A DNA stretch of 64,000 bases, from NCBI GenBank assembly GCA_028280285.1, contig JANQMA010000026.1, positions 64,822 to 128,821 of the forward strand. The letters run 5' to 3'. Below the pieces are notes generated by a model, which worked only from the letters and a program-made list of their open reading frames with translations, was not told the DNA's origin and made no database searches. Positions 38,825-46,760 of this stretch are shown one piece after another. The DNA comes from Candidatus Omnitrophota bacterium. GTDB taxonomy: Bacteria > Omnitrophota > Gorgyraeia > Zapsychrales > Zapsychraceae. Positions within the stretch are counted from its first letter, which is position 1, and every line of letters starts with the position of its first letter. Made by a program: the position numbers and the translations under genes.

Positions 38825-39352
38825 ATGCCATCAACAAAGTTGGTCGCAGGGGCGGCGTTTCCTGAGATAAAAGTAAAAAGTTTAGAAGGTGAGGACATGG
38901 AGTTCGGCAAACCAAGGGGCGATGCGGATTGGCGGATGGCCATTGTGTATCGCGGACGGCATTGTCCTTTATGCACAAAGTTCCTTAATAAGCTTGACGG
39001 GTATATCAAGCGGCTTTTGGATGTGGGCATTGCGTTGGATATTGTCTCCGGTGATAGCAAAGAGCAGCTTGAGGAGCATTTGACGCGTCTTGAGGTGAGC
39101 TTCCCTATATACTATGGATTAACCGTTGAGCAAATGAAAATATTGGGTCTTTATATTTCTCATCCACGATCGGAAAAGGAAACAGATCATCCCTTTGCCG
39201 AACCGGGTATGTTTATTCTCAATGAGAAGGGCACATTGCAAGCCGTTGATATTTCTAACAATCCTTGGGCCCGTCCTGATCTGGAGGTTATGGTCTCAGG
39301 GCTGGAATGGATCCGTAGTAATAATTACCCTATTCGTGGGACGTATGAGTAA
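38825..39352 (+). CDS. thioredoxin-fold protein (peroxiredoxin/redoxin-like, CPLC motif)
   Basis: 175 aa carrying RGRHCPLCTKF in a thioredoxin-like context. Confidence 0.45.
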   Translation: MPSTKLVAGAAFPEIKVKSLEGEDMEFGKPRGDADWRMAIVYRGRHCPLCTKFLNKLDGYIKRLLDVGIALDIVSGDSKEQLEEHLTRLEVSFPIYYGLTVEQMKILGLYISHPRSEKETDHPFAEPGMFILNEKGTLQAVDISNNPWARPDLEVMVSGLEWIRSNNYPIRGTYE

Positions 39353-39385
39353 AAATTTCGGGGACATAATACATAATTATTAACT
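39353..39385 (+). repeat. 30-nt 3'-flank repeat aaaatttcgRggacataatacataaNtatt (copy 1)
   Basis: It immediately follows the thioredoxin-fold gene stop. The second copy is at 40751-40785, after the lipoprotein stop. Confidence 0.6.
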
Positions 39386-39557
39386 AAGCCTGCTCCGTTC
39401 AATACTGCGTTCTACAAAATTTAAATGTTTGCATGTTTAAATTTTGCAGTACTCGTGTTGAACTCCGCAGGTAAATTCGTTGTAACAACTTACGTTGCTC
39501 CCGCTGCATTATTACGAATGCTGGCAGCGGGATCTGCCGTAAGGTGAACACTCATTT
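39386..39557 (+). repeat. ~100-nt repeat (copy 1) plus a variable hairpin, ending in cattt immediately before the gmhB ATG
   Basis: aagcctgctccgttcaatactgcgttctacaaaatttaaatgtttgcatgtttaaattttgcagtactcgtgttgaactccgcaggtaaattcgttgtaa is near-identical to 42795-42894. It is followed by the hairpin cccgctgc...gcagcggg. Confidence 0.7.
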
Positions 39558-40103
39558 ATGAAGCGAGCAATTTTTCTAGACAGAGACGGAACAATCAACG
39601 AGGATGTGGGGTATTTTTGCACACGGGATAAGTGGGAATATATTCCAGGATCGATTGAAGCACTTAAAATTCTTCAGAAAGATTATGTTCTTTTTATCGT
39701 GACCAATCAATCGGGTGTGGCCCGGGGATTTTTTACAGAAGAAGAGCTTATTAAGTTTAATGGTGAAGTTGAACAGATGCTACGCAAAGAAGGCATCATT
39801 ATTCAAAAAACATATTATTGCCCGCATATGGGGGACGAAGAGCATTGCAATTGCCATAAACCGTCGCGCTTTTTTTTAGACCAAGCCAAGAAAGAGTTTA
39901 ATATCGATCTTGAAAACTCTTTTGTCATTGGCGATCATCCGCATGATGTGGAGTTTGGCCAGCAAGTCGGCGCGACGTCGATCTATGTGTTAACAGGGCA
40001 TGGTGAGAAACACAAAGACGAGCTCACCGACATTGATCCACCGGACTTCATCGCCAAAAATTTGTACGAAGCAACAATGTGGATAAATAATCAAAGGAGT
40101 TAA
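39558..40103 (+). CDS. gmhB: D-glycero-D-manno-heptose 1,7-bisphosphate phosphatase-like HAD-IIIA hydrolase
   Basis: It has the HAD motif I (FLDRDGTIN), a Zn-binding insert (CPHMGDEEHCNCHKP) and GDHPHD. Confidence 0.7.
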   Translation: MKRAIFLDRDGTINEDVGYFCTRDKWEYIPGSIEALKILQKDYVLFIVTNQSGVARGFFTEEELIKFNGEVEQMLRKEGIIIQKTYYCPHMGDEEHCNCHKPSRFFLDQAKKEFNIDLENSFVIGDHPHDVEFGQQVGATSIYVLTGHGEKHKDELTDIDPPDFIAKNLYEATMWINNQRS

Positions 40104-40105
40104 TT

Positions 40106-40750
40106 ATGTTATCGTTTTCTAAAACAAATAGTTTTTTTGCAAGCACATTATTTATCTTGCTAATTCTTTTAACCGCTTGTGGCACGCAGGCATCCAGCGA
40201 TGTCAATTTATCGGCATCCGCTCTTCAAAAAGGAGTGGGGCTTGTTAAGTGGGGCGCTGATCCAGAAAAGTTGGATAAACTACAAGCGATTCAAAAAGAT
40301 GTTGTATTGAACTTCGGCGGTGTTAATCCGTTTGATGCCTTTGAGCAACAATCCGACATTAAGGTATATCAACATCCTGATGCGCCGATTCAATTAGGTA
40401 AACAAGTTATTGAAGAAGTAAAGTATTACGCACGGGACGGTAAAGGGATTGTGGCCGCACGCATTATTTTGGCGGATAAACCTCACAAGGCGGATCCGTT
40501 TCTTTTAAAGGGGCTGGATAAGGAGACGATCGCAAATTTAGTTTTAAGGGGGTATCCTTTTTATGAACTGATTAATAAATCTGCGACACTGCTTAATGAA
40601 AATTTTAACTCACCGACAGGTTATCCTTGGTTTCTATGGGGTGTTGGCGGCACTAAAGAGAAGCCGAACGTAACCATCATGGCTGGTAATTGGCGCGGTT
40701 CGGAAAGTTTGGATAATAAATATGTGCTTCATATTTACAAGGTAGAATAA
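40106..40750 (+). CDS. hypothetical lipoprotein
   Basis: It has a signal peptide with a lipobox (LLTAC) and no other recognisable motif. Confidence 0.45.
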   Translation: MLSFSKTNSFFASTLFILLILLTACGTQASSDVNLSASALQKGVGLVKWGADPEKLDKLQAIQKDVVLNFGGVNPFDAFEQQSDIKVYQHPDAPIQLGKQVIEEVKYYARDGKGIVAARIILADKPHKADPFLLKGLDKETIANLVLRGYPFYELINKSATLLNENFNSPTGYPWFLWGVGGTKEKPNVTIMAGNWRGSESLDNKYVLHIYKVE

Positions 40751-40785
40751 AATTTCGAGGACATAATACATAACTATTTTGAAAT
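40751..40785 (+). repeat. 30-nt 3'-flank repeat aaaatttcgRggacataatacataaNtatt (copy 2)
   Basis: It immediately follows the lipoprotein stop and lies upstream of the SDR gene. Confidence 0.6.
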
Positions 40786-40811
40786 AGAAAATTTAATTGG
40801 AGGAGAGAACA

Positions 40812-41624
40812 ATGGCACAAACAATTTTTATTACAGGTTCATCAACCGGGATTGGCCGCGCAACAGCGAAACTGTTTCACCAAAATGGCTGGAATGTGGT
40901 GGCCACCATGCGCAGCCCTGAAAAAGAAGAAGAACTTAAGGCGCTGGATAATGTGCTGGTCACACAATTAGATGTGTTGGATCAAGCTTCCATTGACGCT
41001 GCGGTTAAAGTAGCCGTTGATCAATTCGGCCAAATTGATGTATTGCTTAACAATGCCGGTTACGGCATCATGGGTCCGATGGAAACACTGGATGATGCGC
41101 TCATCCGTCGGCAATTTGACGTGAATTATTTTGGCGTCATCGATTGCATGAAGGCTGTTTTGCCGCATATGCGTCAAAGAAAAAAGGGAATGATCATTAA
41201 TGTTTCTTCGATCGGCGGACTTGTGGCGTACCCTTATTTGACGATTTATAATTCAACCAAGTTTGCGCTTGAGTGTTTGACCGAAGGGGCGCAATACGAA
41301 TTAAATCCACTTGGGATTAAACTGAAATTGATTGAACCGGGTGCGATTAAAACGCAGTTTGGCGGTTCGATGCAGCTTAGTGAGACAGGCGCCATTGAAG
41401 ATTACAAACCAGGTTTTGGGACCATGGTCAGTAAACTGGAAGGCATGCTGGATAATGCCTCATCGCCTGAACTTGTTGCCGATGTGATTTGGCAGGCGGC
41501 CACCGATGGCACCGATCAGGTGCGTTATCTGGCCGGTCAAGATGCGGTAGATAACTGGGCTACGCGCAGACAAATGGAAGATGCGGCATTTAAAAATATG
41601 TTTGTCGAGCAGTTGGGGCTTTGA
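40812..41624 (+). CDS. short-chain dehydrogenase/reductase (SDR)
   Basis: It has TGSSTGIGRA, NNAG and the S...YNSTK catalytic tetrad. The start was moved to the ATG behind a GGAGGA RBS. Confidence 0.8.
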   Translation: MAQTIFITGSSTGIGRATAKLFHQNGWNVVATMRSPEKEEELKALDNVLVTQLDVLDQASIDAAVKVAVDQFGQIDVLLNNAGYGIMGPMETLDDALIRRQFDVNYFGVIDCMKAVLPHMRQRKKGMIINVSSIGGLVAYPYLTIYNSTKFALECLTEGAQYELNPLGIKLKLIEPGAIKTQFGGSMQLSETGAIEDYKPGFGTMVSKLEGMLDNASSPELVADVIWQAATDGTDQVRYLAGQDAVDNWATRRQMEDAAFKNMFVEQLGL

Positions 41625-41630
41625 TACATA

Positions 41631-42224
41631 GTGTCAGATCCAAGAAAAATAGTGAAAGCAACACCAAATGATTGTGAAGCATTGGCGAAAGCGATGAGCC
41701 GTGCATTTATCAATGAGCCGTATTGCCGGTGGCTTTTTCCGTCGGATAAAGACTGGATTAATCGATCTGAACAATTTTTTACGTATGATCTTAAACATGG
41801 TCTGCGTTATGGGAATCTTTCTAAAACCGAAGATAATGGTGCGGCGATGCAATGGGCGTTTGTAGGTCAAAACGAAGAGAAAAATAACTGGAGCGATTTT
41901 GAATATTTGTGGCATACCTTTTTGCAGTTTGGTCTAAGGACGCGTGATATATATCGCGTCTTTGATTTGTTTAAAAAACATATGCCTGACGCACCGTTTG
42001 TTTACATAGAATTTCTCGGCGTTGATCCTGACAAACAGGGTCGGGGCTATGGTAAGGCGATGATCGAGTACGCGATCGCAGAATCAACAAAAAACAATTG
42101 TCCGGTTTATCTGGAAACATGCGACGAAAAAACGGTTCGGTTTTATGAAAAGCTTGGTTTTTCTGTCAGTAATCAATTTGATTTTGCGCCGGGGGCAAAA
42201 GCCTTTTGTATGATTCGCAGATAA
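41631..42224 (+). CDS. GNAT family N-acetyltransferase
   Basis: GTG start. It has an acetyl-CoA-binding motif (QGRGYGKAMIEYA) and a GNAT fold. Confidence 0.65.
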   Translation: MSDPRKIVKATPNDCEALAKAMSRAFINEPYCRWLFPSDKDWINRSEQFFTYDLKHGLRYGNLSKTEDNGAAMQWAFVGQNEEKNNWSDFEYLWHTFLQFGLRTRDIYRVFDLFKKHMPDAPFVYIEFLGVDPDKQGRGYGKAMIEYAIAESTKNNCPVYLETCDEKTVRFYEKLGFSVSNQFDFAPGAKAFCMIRR

Positions 42225-42314
42225 CGTTGTGCGTTCATTTAATTTTTCTTGGAAAAAAGTCCGCGCATGATATACTCCTAGTAAAGAAGATTTTGTCCAT
42301 TAAAGGGAACAGTT

Positions 42315-42515
42315 ATGATTAAAATACGTGATATAGAAAAAGCGGTGTCAAGTCTACCCAAAAAAGATTTTATGAAATTTCGTGCATGGTTTCATAAATT
42401 CGATGCGCTTAAATGGGATGAGCAGTTGAAAAAAGACGTCCACAGCGGTAAGCTGGACAAGCTTGCTGAAAGTGCGCTCAAAGATTTCAAAGATGGTAAA
42501 TGCAAAGAATTATGA
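42315..42515 (+). CDS. putative addiction-module antitoxin (small partner of RelE/ParE toxin)
   Basis: 66 aa with a WDEQL...GKLDKLAESALKDFKDGK-type C-terminus. It overlaps the downstream toxin gene by 16 nt. Confidence 0.55.
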   Translation: MIKIRDIEKAVSSLPKKDFMKFRAWFHKFDALKWDEQLKKDVHSGKLDKLAESALKDFKDGKCKEL

Positions 42516-42766
42516 AGCATTTAACCAGTCCTTCTTTTTGGAAATGTTACGAACGCCTGCCTTCATCTATTCGGAAAATAGCTGACAAAAATTTTACTTT
42601 ACTTAAGAAGAACGCAAAACACCCTTCACTTTATTTTAAGAAGATCGGCAAGTATCGTTCAGTTAGAATTGGCACCCGTCATCGAGCACTTGCGGTTGAG
42701 AATGATAAGGATTTACTCTGGTTCTGGATTGGCTCGCATGCGGATTACGATAAGCTCGTTAAATAA
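42500..42766 (+). CDS. RelE/ParE family toxin
   Basis: 88 aa. The KYRSVRIGTRHRALAVENDKDLLWFWIGSHADYDKL motif matches the RelE/ParE fold signature (R...R..Y-less ParE type). Confidence 0.7.
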   Translation: MQRIMKHLTSPSFWKCYERLPSSIRKIADKNFTLLKKNAKHPSLYFKKIGKYRSVRIGTRHRALAVENDKDLLWFWIGSHADYDKLVK

Positions 42767-42794
42767 TAGAGGGCGGCACCCCGTTTAATTAAAA

Positions 42795-42939
42795 AGCCTG
42801 CTCCGTTCAATACTGCGTTCTACAAAATTTAAATGTTTGCACGTTTAAATTTTGTAGTACTCGTGTTGAACTCCGCAGGTAAATTCATTGTAAGACTTAT
42901 GTTCAGCGCTGTGCGCTTCCATAAGTCTAACATTCATTT
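42795..42939 (+). repeat. ~100-nt repeat (copy 2) plus a variable hairpin, ending in cattt immediately before the methyltransferase ATG
   Basis: The ~100-nt core matches 39386-39485 with about 3 mismatches. It is followed by the hairpin agacttatg...cataagtct. Confidence 0.7.
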
Positions 42940-43572
42940 ATGAAATCTACTTCAGAAAAATTTTGGAATAAGACGGCCCGCAAGTACGCCAAGGATCCGA
43001 TTAAGGATATGGCGGGCTATGAAAAGACACTCGCAGATACGAAAAAATATCTAGGCGCGGATAAGTGTGTACTTGAATTCGGCTGCGGGACCGGGATGAC
43101 GGCCCTTAAACTTGCGACGTACACAAAGGAATATACAGCGACGGACATCTCCACGGAGATGATTACCATTGCCAACGAAAGAAAGGCTGCCGAAAAGGCA
43201 GATAATCTGCATTTTGTTAAAGGCACATTAGATGATGCCTCGCTTAAAAAAGGCGCCTATGATGTAATTTTAGGGTATAATATTATTCACTTACTTGATG
43301 ATACAAACGCAGCGCTCAAACGCATCCATGCGCTGCTTAAGCCGGGGGGAGTTTTTATTTCCAAAACACCCTGCCTGCGCGAGAAAAGTTGGTTCTGGCC
43401 GATCGCCGCGCCAATTGTCGCCGCCGTCCTCGGCGTTGGTACGATCAAAAGTTTTACAGTCGCTCAATTAGAAGAAATTATAATATCCCAAGGTTTTCAT
43501 ATCATCGACCGTCACCTCTACTCATCCACAATGTCTAGACCTTTTTGGGTTGCGAAGAAATCCTCTATTTGA
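42940..43572 (+). CDS. class I SAM-dependent methyltransferase
   Basis: It has motif I (VLEFGCGTGMTA) and the post-I acidic residue (TATDIS). Confidence 0.75.
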   Translation: MKSTSEKFWNKTARKYAKDPIKDMAGYEKTLADTKKYLGADKCVLEFGCGTGMTALKLATYTKEYTATDISTEMITIANERKAAEKADNLHFVKGTLDDASLKKGAYDVILGYNIIHLLDDTNAALKRIHALLKPGGVFISKTPCLREKSWFWPIAAPIVAAVLGVGTIKSFTVAQLEEIIISQGFHIIDRHLYSSTMSRPFWVAKKSSI

Positions 43573-43573
43573 G

Positions 43574-43600
43574 CCTATTCAACTGCCGCACTTGAATTGG
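43574..43600. repeat. hairpin of the cctattcaactg family, immediately after the methyltransferase stop
   Basis: The hairpin is cctattcaactgccgcacttgaattgg, with 2 mismatches. Confidence 0.65.
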
Positions 43601-43626
43601 CATCTTTATTCTGCTAGGATAGGTCC

Positions 43627-44919
43627 ATGCAATTTTACACGGATCTGCATTTGCATTCCCATTATTCCCGCGCGACGAGTAAGAACTTAAATCTGGAACA
43701 TCTTAATCTCTGGGGACAGCTCAAAGGCATTAACATTGTCGGCACCGGAGATTTTACTCATCCGGCCTGGTTTAAAGAGCTTCAGGAAAAGCTCGAGCCT
43801 GCCGAAGAGGGATTATTCAAACTTAAAAAAGAGTATCAAGAAATCGCCAAAAAAGAACTCCCCGCAGCGTGCAAGGGTGAGCTACGCTTTATGCTCACCG
43901 TTGAGATTTCTAATATTTATAAACGGCTTGATCGTGTGCGCAAGGTCCATAATGTGGTCTTTGCGCCGAGCTTTGAGGCGGCTGGAAAAATTAGAGACAG
44001 GTTGGATAAGATCGGCAATCTCAATGCCGATGGACGGCCGATTCTGGGACTCGACTCCCGCGATCTTTTGGAAATCGTACTTGAATCCGATCCGCTGAGC
44101 TATCTTGTGCCGGCGCATATCTGGACGCCGTGGTTCTCGGCCATGGGATCCAAAAGCGGATTTGATCGGATGACTGATTGCTTTGGGGATTTAAGCGATC
44201 ATATCTTTGCGGTTGAGACAGGGCTCTCATCCGATCCGACCATGAATTGGCGCTTAAGCCAACTGGATCCGTATGTGTTGGTCTCCAATGGGGACGCGCA
44301 TTCACCGCAAAAGCTTGCACGCGAGGCAACGATTTTTGACACCGAGATGTCCTATCCGGCGATTTATGATGCGCTGCGTAATCCGCAAACTAATAAAGGA
44401 CTCATTGGCACGGTCGAATTTTTTCCGGAAGAAGGCAAGTATCACTATGACGGCTGTCGTAATTGTCAGATGCGTATGCATCCAAAGGAAACGGTCGAGC
44501 ATAGCGGTGTTTGCCCGTCATGTGGTAAGCCGGTGACTGTCGGTGTTATGGCGCGTGTGGAAGAACTCGCCGATCATCCGGAAGGGCGCAAGGCGCCGAA
44601 CTGGCGGCCGTTTTTTAGTTTGATTCCATTGCCGGAGATTATCGGGGATTGTGTCGGCGTTGGTCCGAACAGTAAGACCGTGCAAAATCAATTCAGGACA
44701 TTATTATCGACGCTCGGTAATGAAATGTTTATTCTGCGTGATTGCCCACTTGATCACATTCAAAAAGCCGGTGGAGCACGTTTGGCGCAAGCGATTGAAC
44801 GGATGCGAAAAGGAGACGTTAACATTGCCGCTGGTTATGACGGGGAATACGGAAAGATTAAAATATTTTCTGCTGACGATGTTGTGCCTGAAGAAACAGA
44901 TCAGTTGACTTTATTTTGA
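43627..44919 (+). CDS. PHP-family metal-dependent phosphoesterase with C-terminal Zn ribbon (COG1379-like)
   Basis: It has N-terminal H-x-H (DLHLHSHYSRATS), further PHP His/Asp motifs (NGDAHSPQ) and a C4 Zn ribbon (CRNCQ...CPSCGKP). Confidence 0.7.
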   Translation: MQFYTDLHLHSHYSRATSKNLNLEHLNLWGQLKGINIVGTGDFTHPAWFKELQEKLEPAEEGLFKLKKEYQEIAKKELPAACKGELRFMLTVEISNIYKRLDRVRKVHNVVFAPSFEAAGKIRDRLDKIGNLNADGRPILGLDSRDLLEIVLESDPLSYLVPAHIWTPWFSAMGSKSGFDRMTDCFGDLSDHIFAVETGLSSDPTMNWRLSQLDPYVLVSNGDAHSPQKLAREATIFDTEMSYPAIYDALRNPQTNKGLIGTVEFFPEEGKYHYDGCRNCQMRMHPKETVEHSGVCPSCGKPVTVGVMARVEELADHPEGRKAPNWRPFFSLIPLPEIIGDCVGVGPNSKTVQNQFRTLLSTLGNEMFILRDCPLDHIQKAGGARLAQAIERMRKGDVNIAAGYDGEYGKIKIFSADDVVPEETDQLTLF

Positions 44920-44925
44920 AAATAA

Positions 44926-44960
44926 AAAAGGCCAGGAATAATAATTCCCGGCCTTTTTCT
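44926..44960 (+). terminator. rho-independent terminator after the PHP gene
   Basis: A ggccaggaa..ttcccggcc hairpin followed by TTTTT, 7 nt after the stop codon. Confidence 0.6.
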
Positions 44961-45009
44961 ATAGCTTAATGGCTCCCTGACTAAGATCTAATTTAAATAT
45001 ATAATAAGA

Positions 45010-46533
45010 ATGAACTCTGAGCAACAAAAATCTGTTCTTCACCGCGGCAGTCACTTACTCATCGTCGCCGGGCCCGGGACGGGCAAGACACACACCTTAA
45101 CTCACCGGATTGCCGCATTAGTTAAAGAGATTGCTGACAATAAACAAATCATTGCCATCACTTTCACTAATAAAGCGGCCGATGAAATGCGTACGCGCCT
45201 TGCTAAACTCATCAACGAAGATTTAAGTGAATGCATTGTCTGCGGAACCTTTCATCAGTTTTGCCTGCGGTTATTAAAAGAATATCAAGTGCACACATCA
45301 TTGCCCGACAATTTTCGTGTGGCATCCCCCGAAGAAATCCAAACATGCATTAAACAATCCTGGCCCGAGTTAACGAATAAAGAGAGAAAGGACCGGTTAA
45401 ACGCAATTTCCAATTGGAAATCATCGGTATTCACAGCAGAAGAACCTGAGACCGTCACCGAGTACAATCAATTATTAGCCAAAGAAGGTTTTCTTGATTT
45501 TGATGATGTGCTTTTACAGGCCTATTATCTTTTGCGGAATAATAAAGATGTTTTAGACAAAGTCCAATCCCAATATCCTACCATTTTTGTCGACGAGTAT
45601 CAGGATATTAATGGCATACAACATGCTTTGCTGAAAACTTTAGTTGGACCTAATAGTCATATAACAGCGATAGGGGATCCTAATCAAGCGATCTATGGCT
45701 TTCGCGGATCTGATGTGCGTTTTTTTCATAGTTTCGCCGAAGACTTTGCCGGGGCAACAGTTTTTTATTTATCTGATAATTACCGCTCATCACAAAATTT
45801 ATTGACTGCTTCAGGTCAAATGATTGCGCAAACCGCAAGTGCGCATGTTCCGGCCTTAACCGCACAACTTTATCAAGAAGGGCGTTTAACGATTTATCAG
45901 GCGCCAACAGATAAGGCCGAAGCCGAGTATGTTGTTCATCAAACCGAGAAGATGGTTGGCGGCACATCGATGTTTTCGCATGATTCAGGCCGCGTGCATA
46001 ATTTCGCTGAGTGCGAAATGAGTTTTGGGGATGTGGCCGTGCTTTACCGGCTTAACAGCCAGCGCCATGCGCTTATCAAAGCCTTTGACCGGATGGGTAT
46101 TCCCTATCAGGTATGCGCGAAGGCGAATATCGAAGAGGACGGCCTATCCGATGATGTCTGCCCGGAAAGGACAGAAGATGTTGATCTTGATCATGAGCGT
46201 GTGAGCCTCATGACTTTACATGCGTCCAAAGGACTTGAGTTTCCGGTTGTGTTTATTGTGGGCTGTGAAGAAAATTTGCTGCCGCTTGATATAGCCGGAC
46301 TGACATCGAGCAAAGAAGAAGAAAGGCGTTTGCTTTATGTCGGTATGACACGCGCTAAATCCCTGCTGTATCTTTGCCACAGCCAGAAGCGCATGCTCTT
46401 TGGTCAATCTCACCAGTCGAAACCATCAGAATTTCTGCAGGACATCGAGGAAGAACTTAAAAGTTACGATGTCGCTAAGCAAAAACCCAAACGCCCCGCC
46501 AAAAAAGAAGATTTCCAGATGACATTGTTTTAA
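45010..46533 (+). CDS. minimal UvrD/PcrA-like SF1 helicase (507 aa, reduced 2B domain)
   Basis: The SF1 helicase motifs are present: I (AGPGTGKT), Ia (TFTNKAADEM), II (DEYQD), III (GDPNQAIYGFRG), IV (YRSS), V (LHASKGLEFPVVFIV) and VI (YVGMTRAK). It is about 200 aa shorter than canonical UvrD. Confidence 0.85.
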   Translation: MNSEQQKSVLHRGSHLLIVAGPGTGKTHTLTHRIAALVKEIADNKQIIAITFTNKAADEMRTRLAKLINEDLSECIVCGTFHQFCLRLLKEYQVHTSLPDNFRVASPEEIQTCIKQSWPELTNKERKDRLNAISNWKSSVFTAEEPETVTEYNQLLAKEGFLDFDDVLLQAYYLLRNNKDVLDKVQSQYPTIFVDEYQDINGIQHALLKTLVGPNSHITAIGDPNQAIYGFRGSDVRFFHSFAEDFAGATVFYLSDNYRSSQNLLTASGQMIAQTASAHVPALTAQLYQEGRLTIYQAPTDKAEAEYVVHQTEKMVGGTSMFSHDSGRVHNFAECEMSFGDVAVLYRLNSQRHALIKAFDRMGIPYQVCAKANIEEDGLSDDVCPERTEDVDLDHERVSLMTLHASKGLEFPVVFIVGCEENLLPLDIAGLTSSKEEERRLLYVGMTRAKSLLYLCHSQKRMLFGQSHQSKPSEFLQDIEEELKSYDVAKQKPKRPAKKEDFQMTLF

Positions 46534-46760
46534 TGGAATGCCCACTTCGGCTGGGTATATTTCATTTTAGCAAGCAGCCTCGTGGGATAACTTCGCTGTA
46601 ACAGTTTACGTTCGTCGCGGTAATAATAATTTACAAAATCTGCTTTCGTAAATCACATTTTTTGCTTCGCAAAATAATGTGATTGTCTCCAGCAGTAAAT
46701 TCGCAGACGTTTCACTATAGTTTAGCTTCGCTGGCGCTTGCTAAACTATCTGCTCATTTA
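46534..46760 (+). repeat. degenerate relative of the 39386/42795 element (gtaaattcgcagacg...hairpin...ctgctcattt)
   Basis: It shares the gtaaattc...gtaacagtttacgtt...cattt layout and contains the hairpin tagtttagc...gctaaacta. It lies between the helicase and lptG. Confidence 0.45.
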
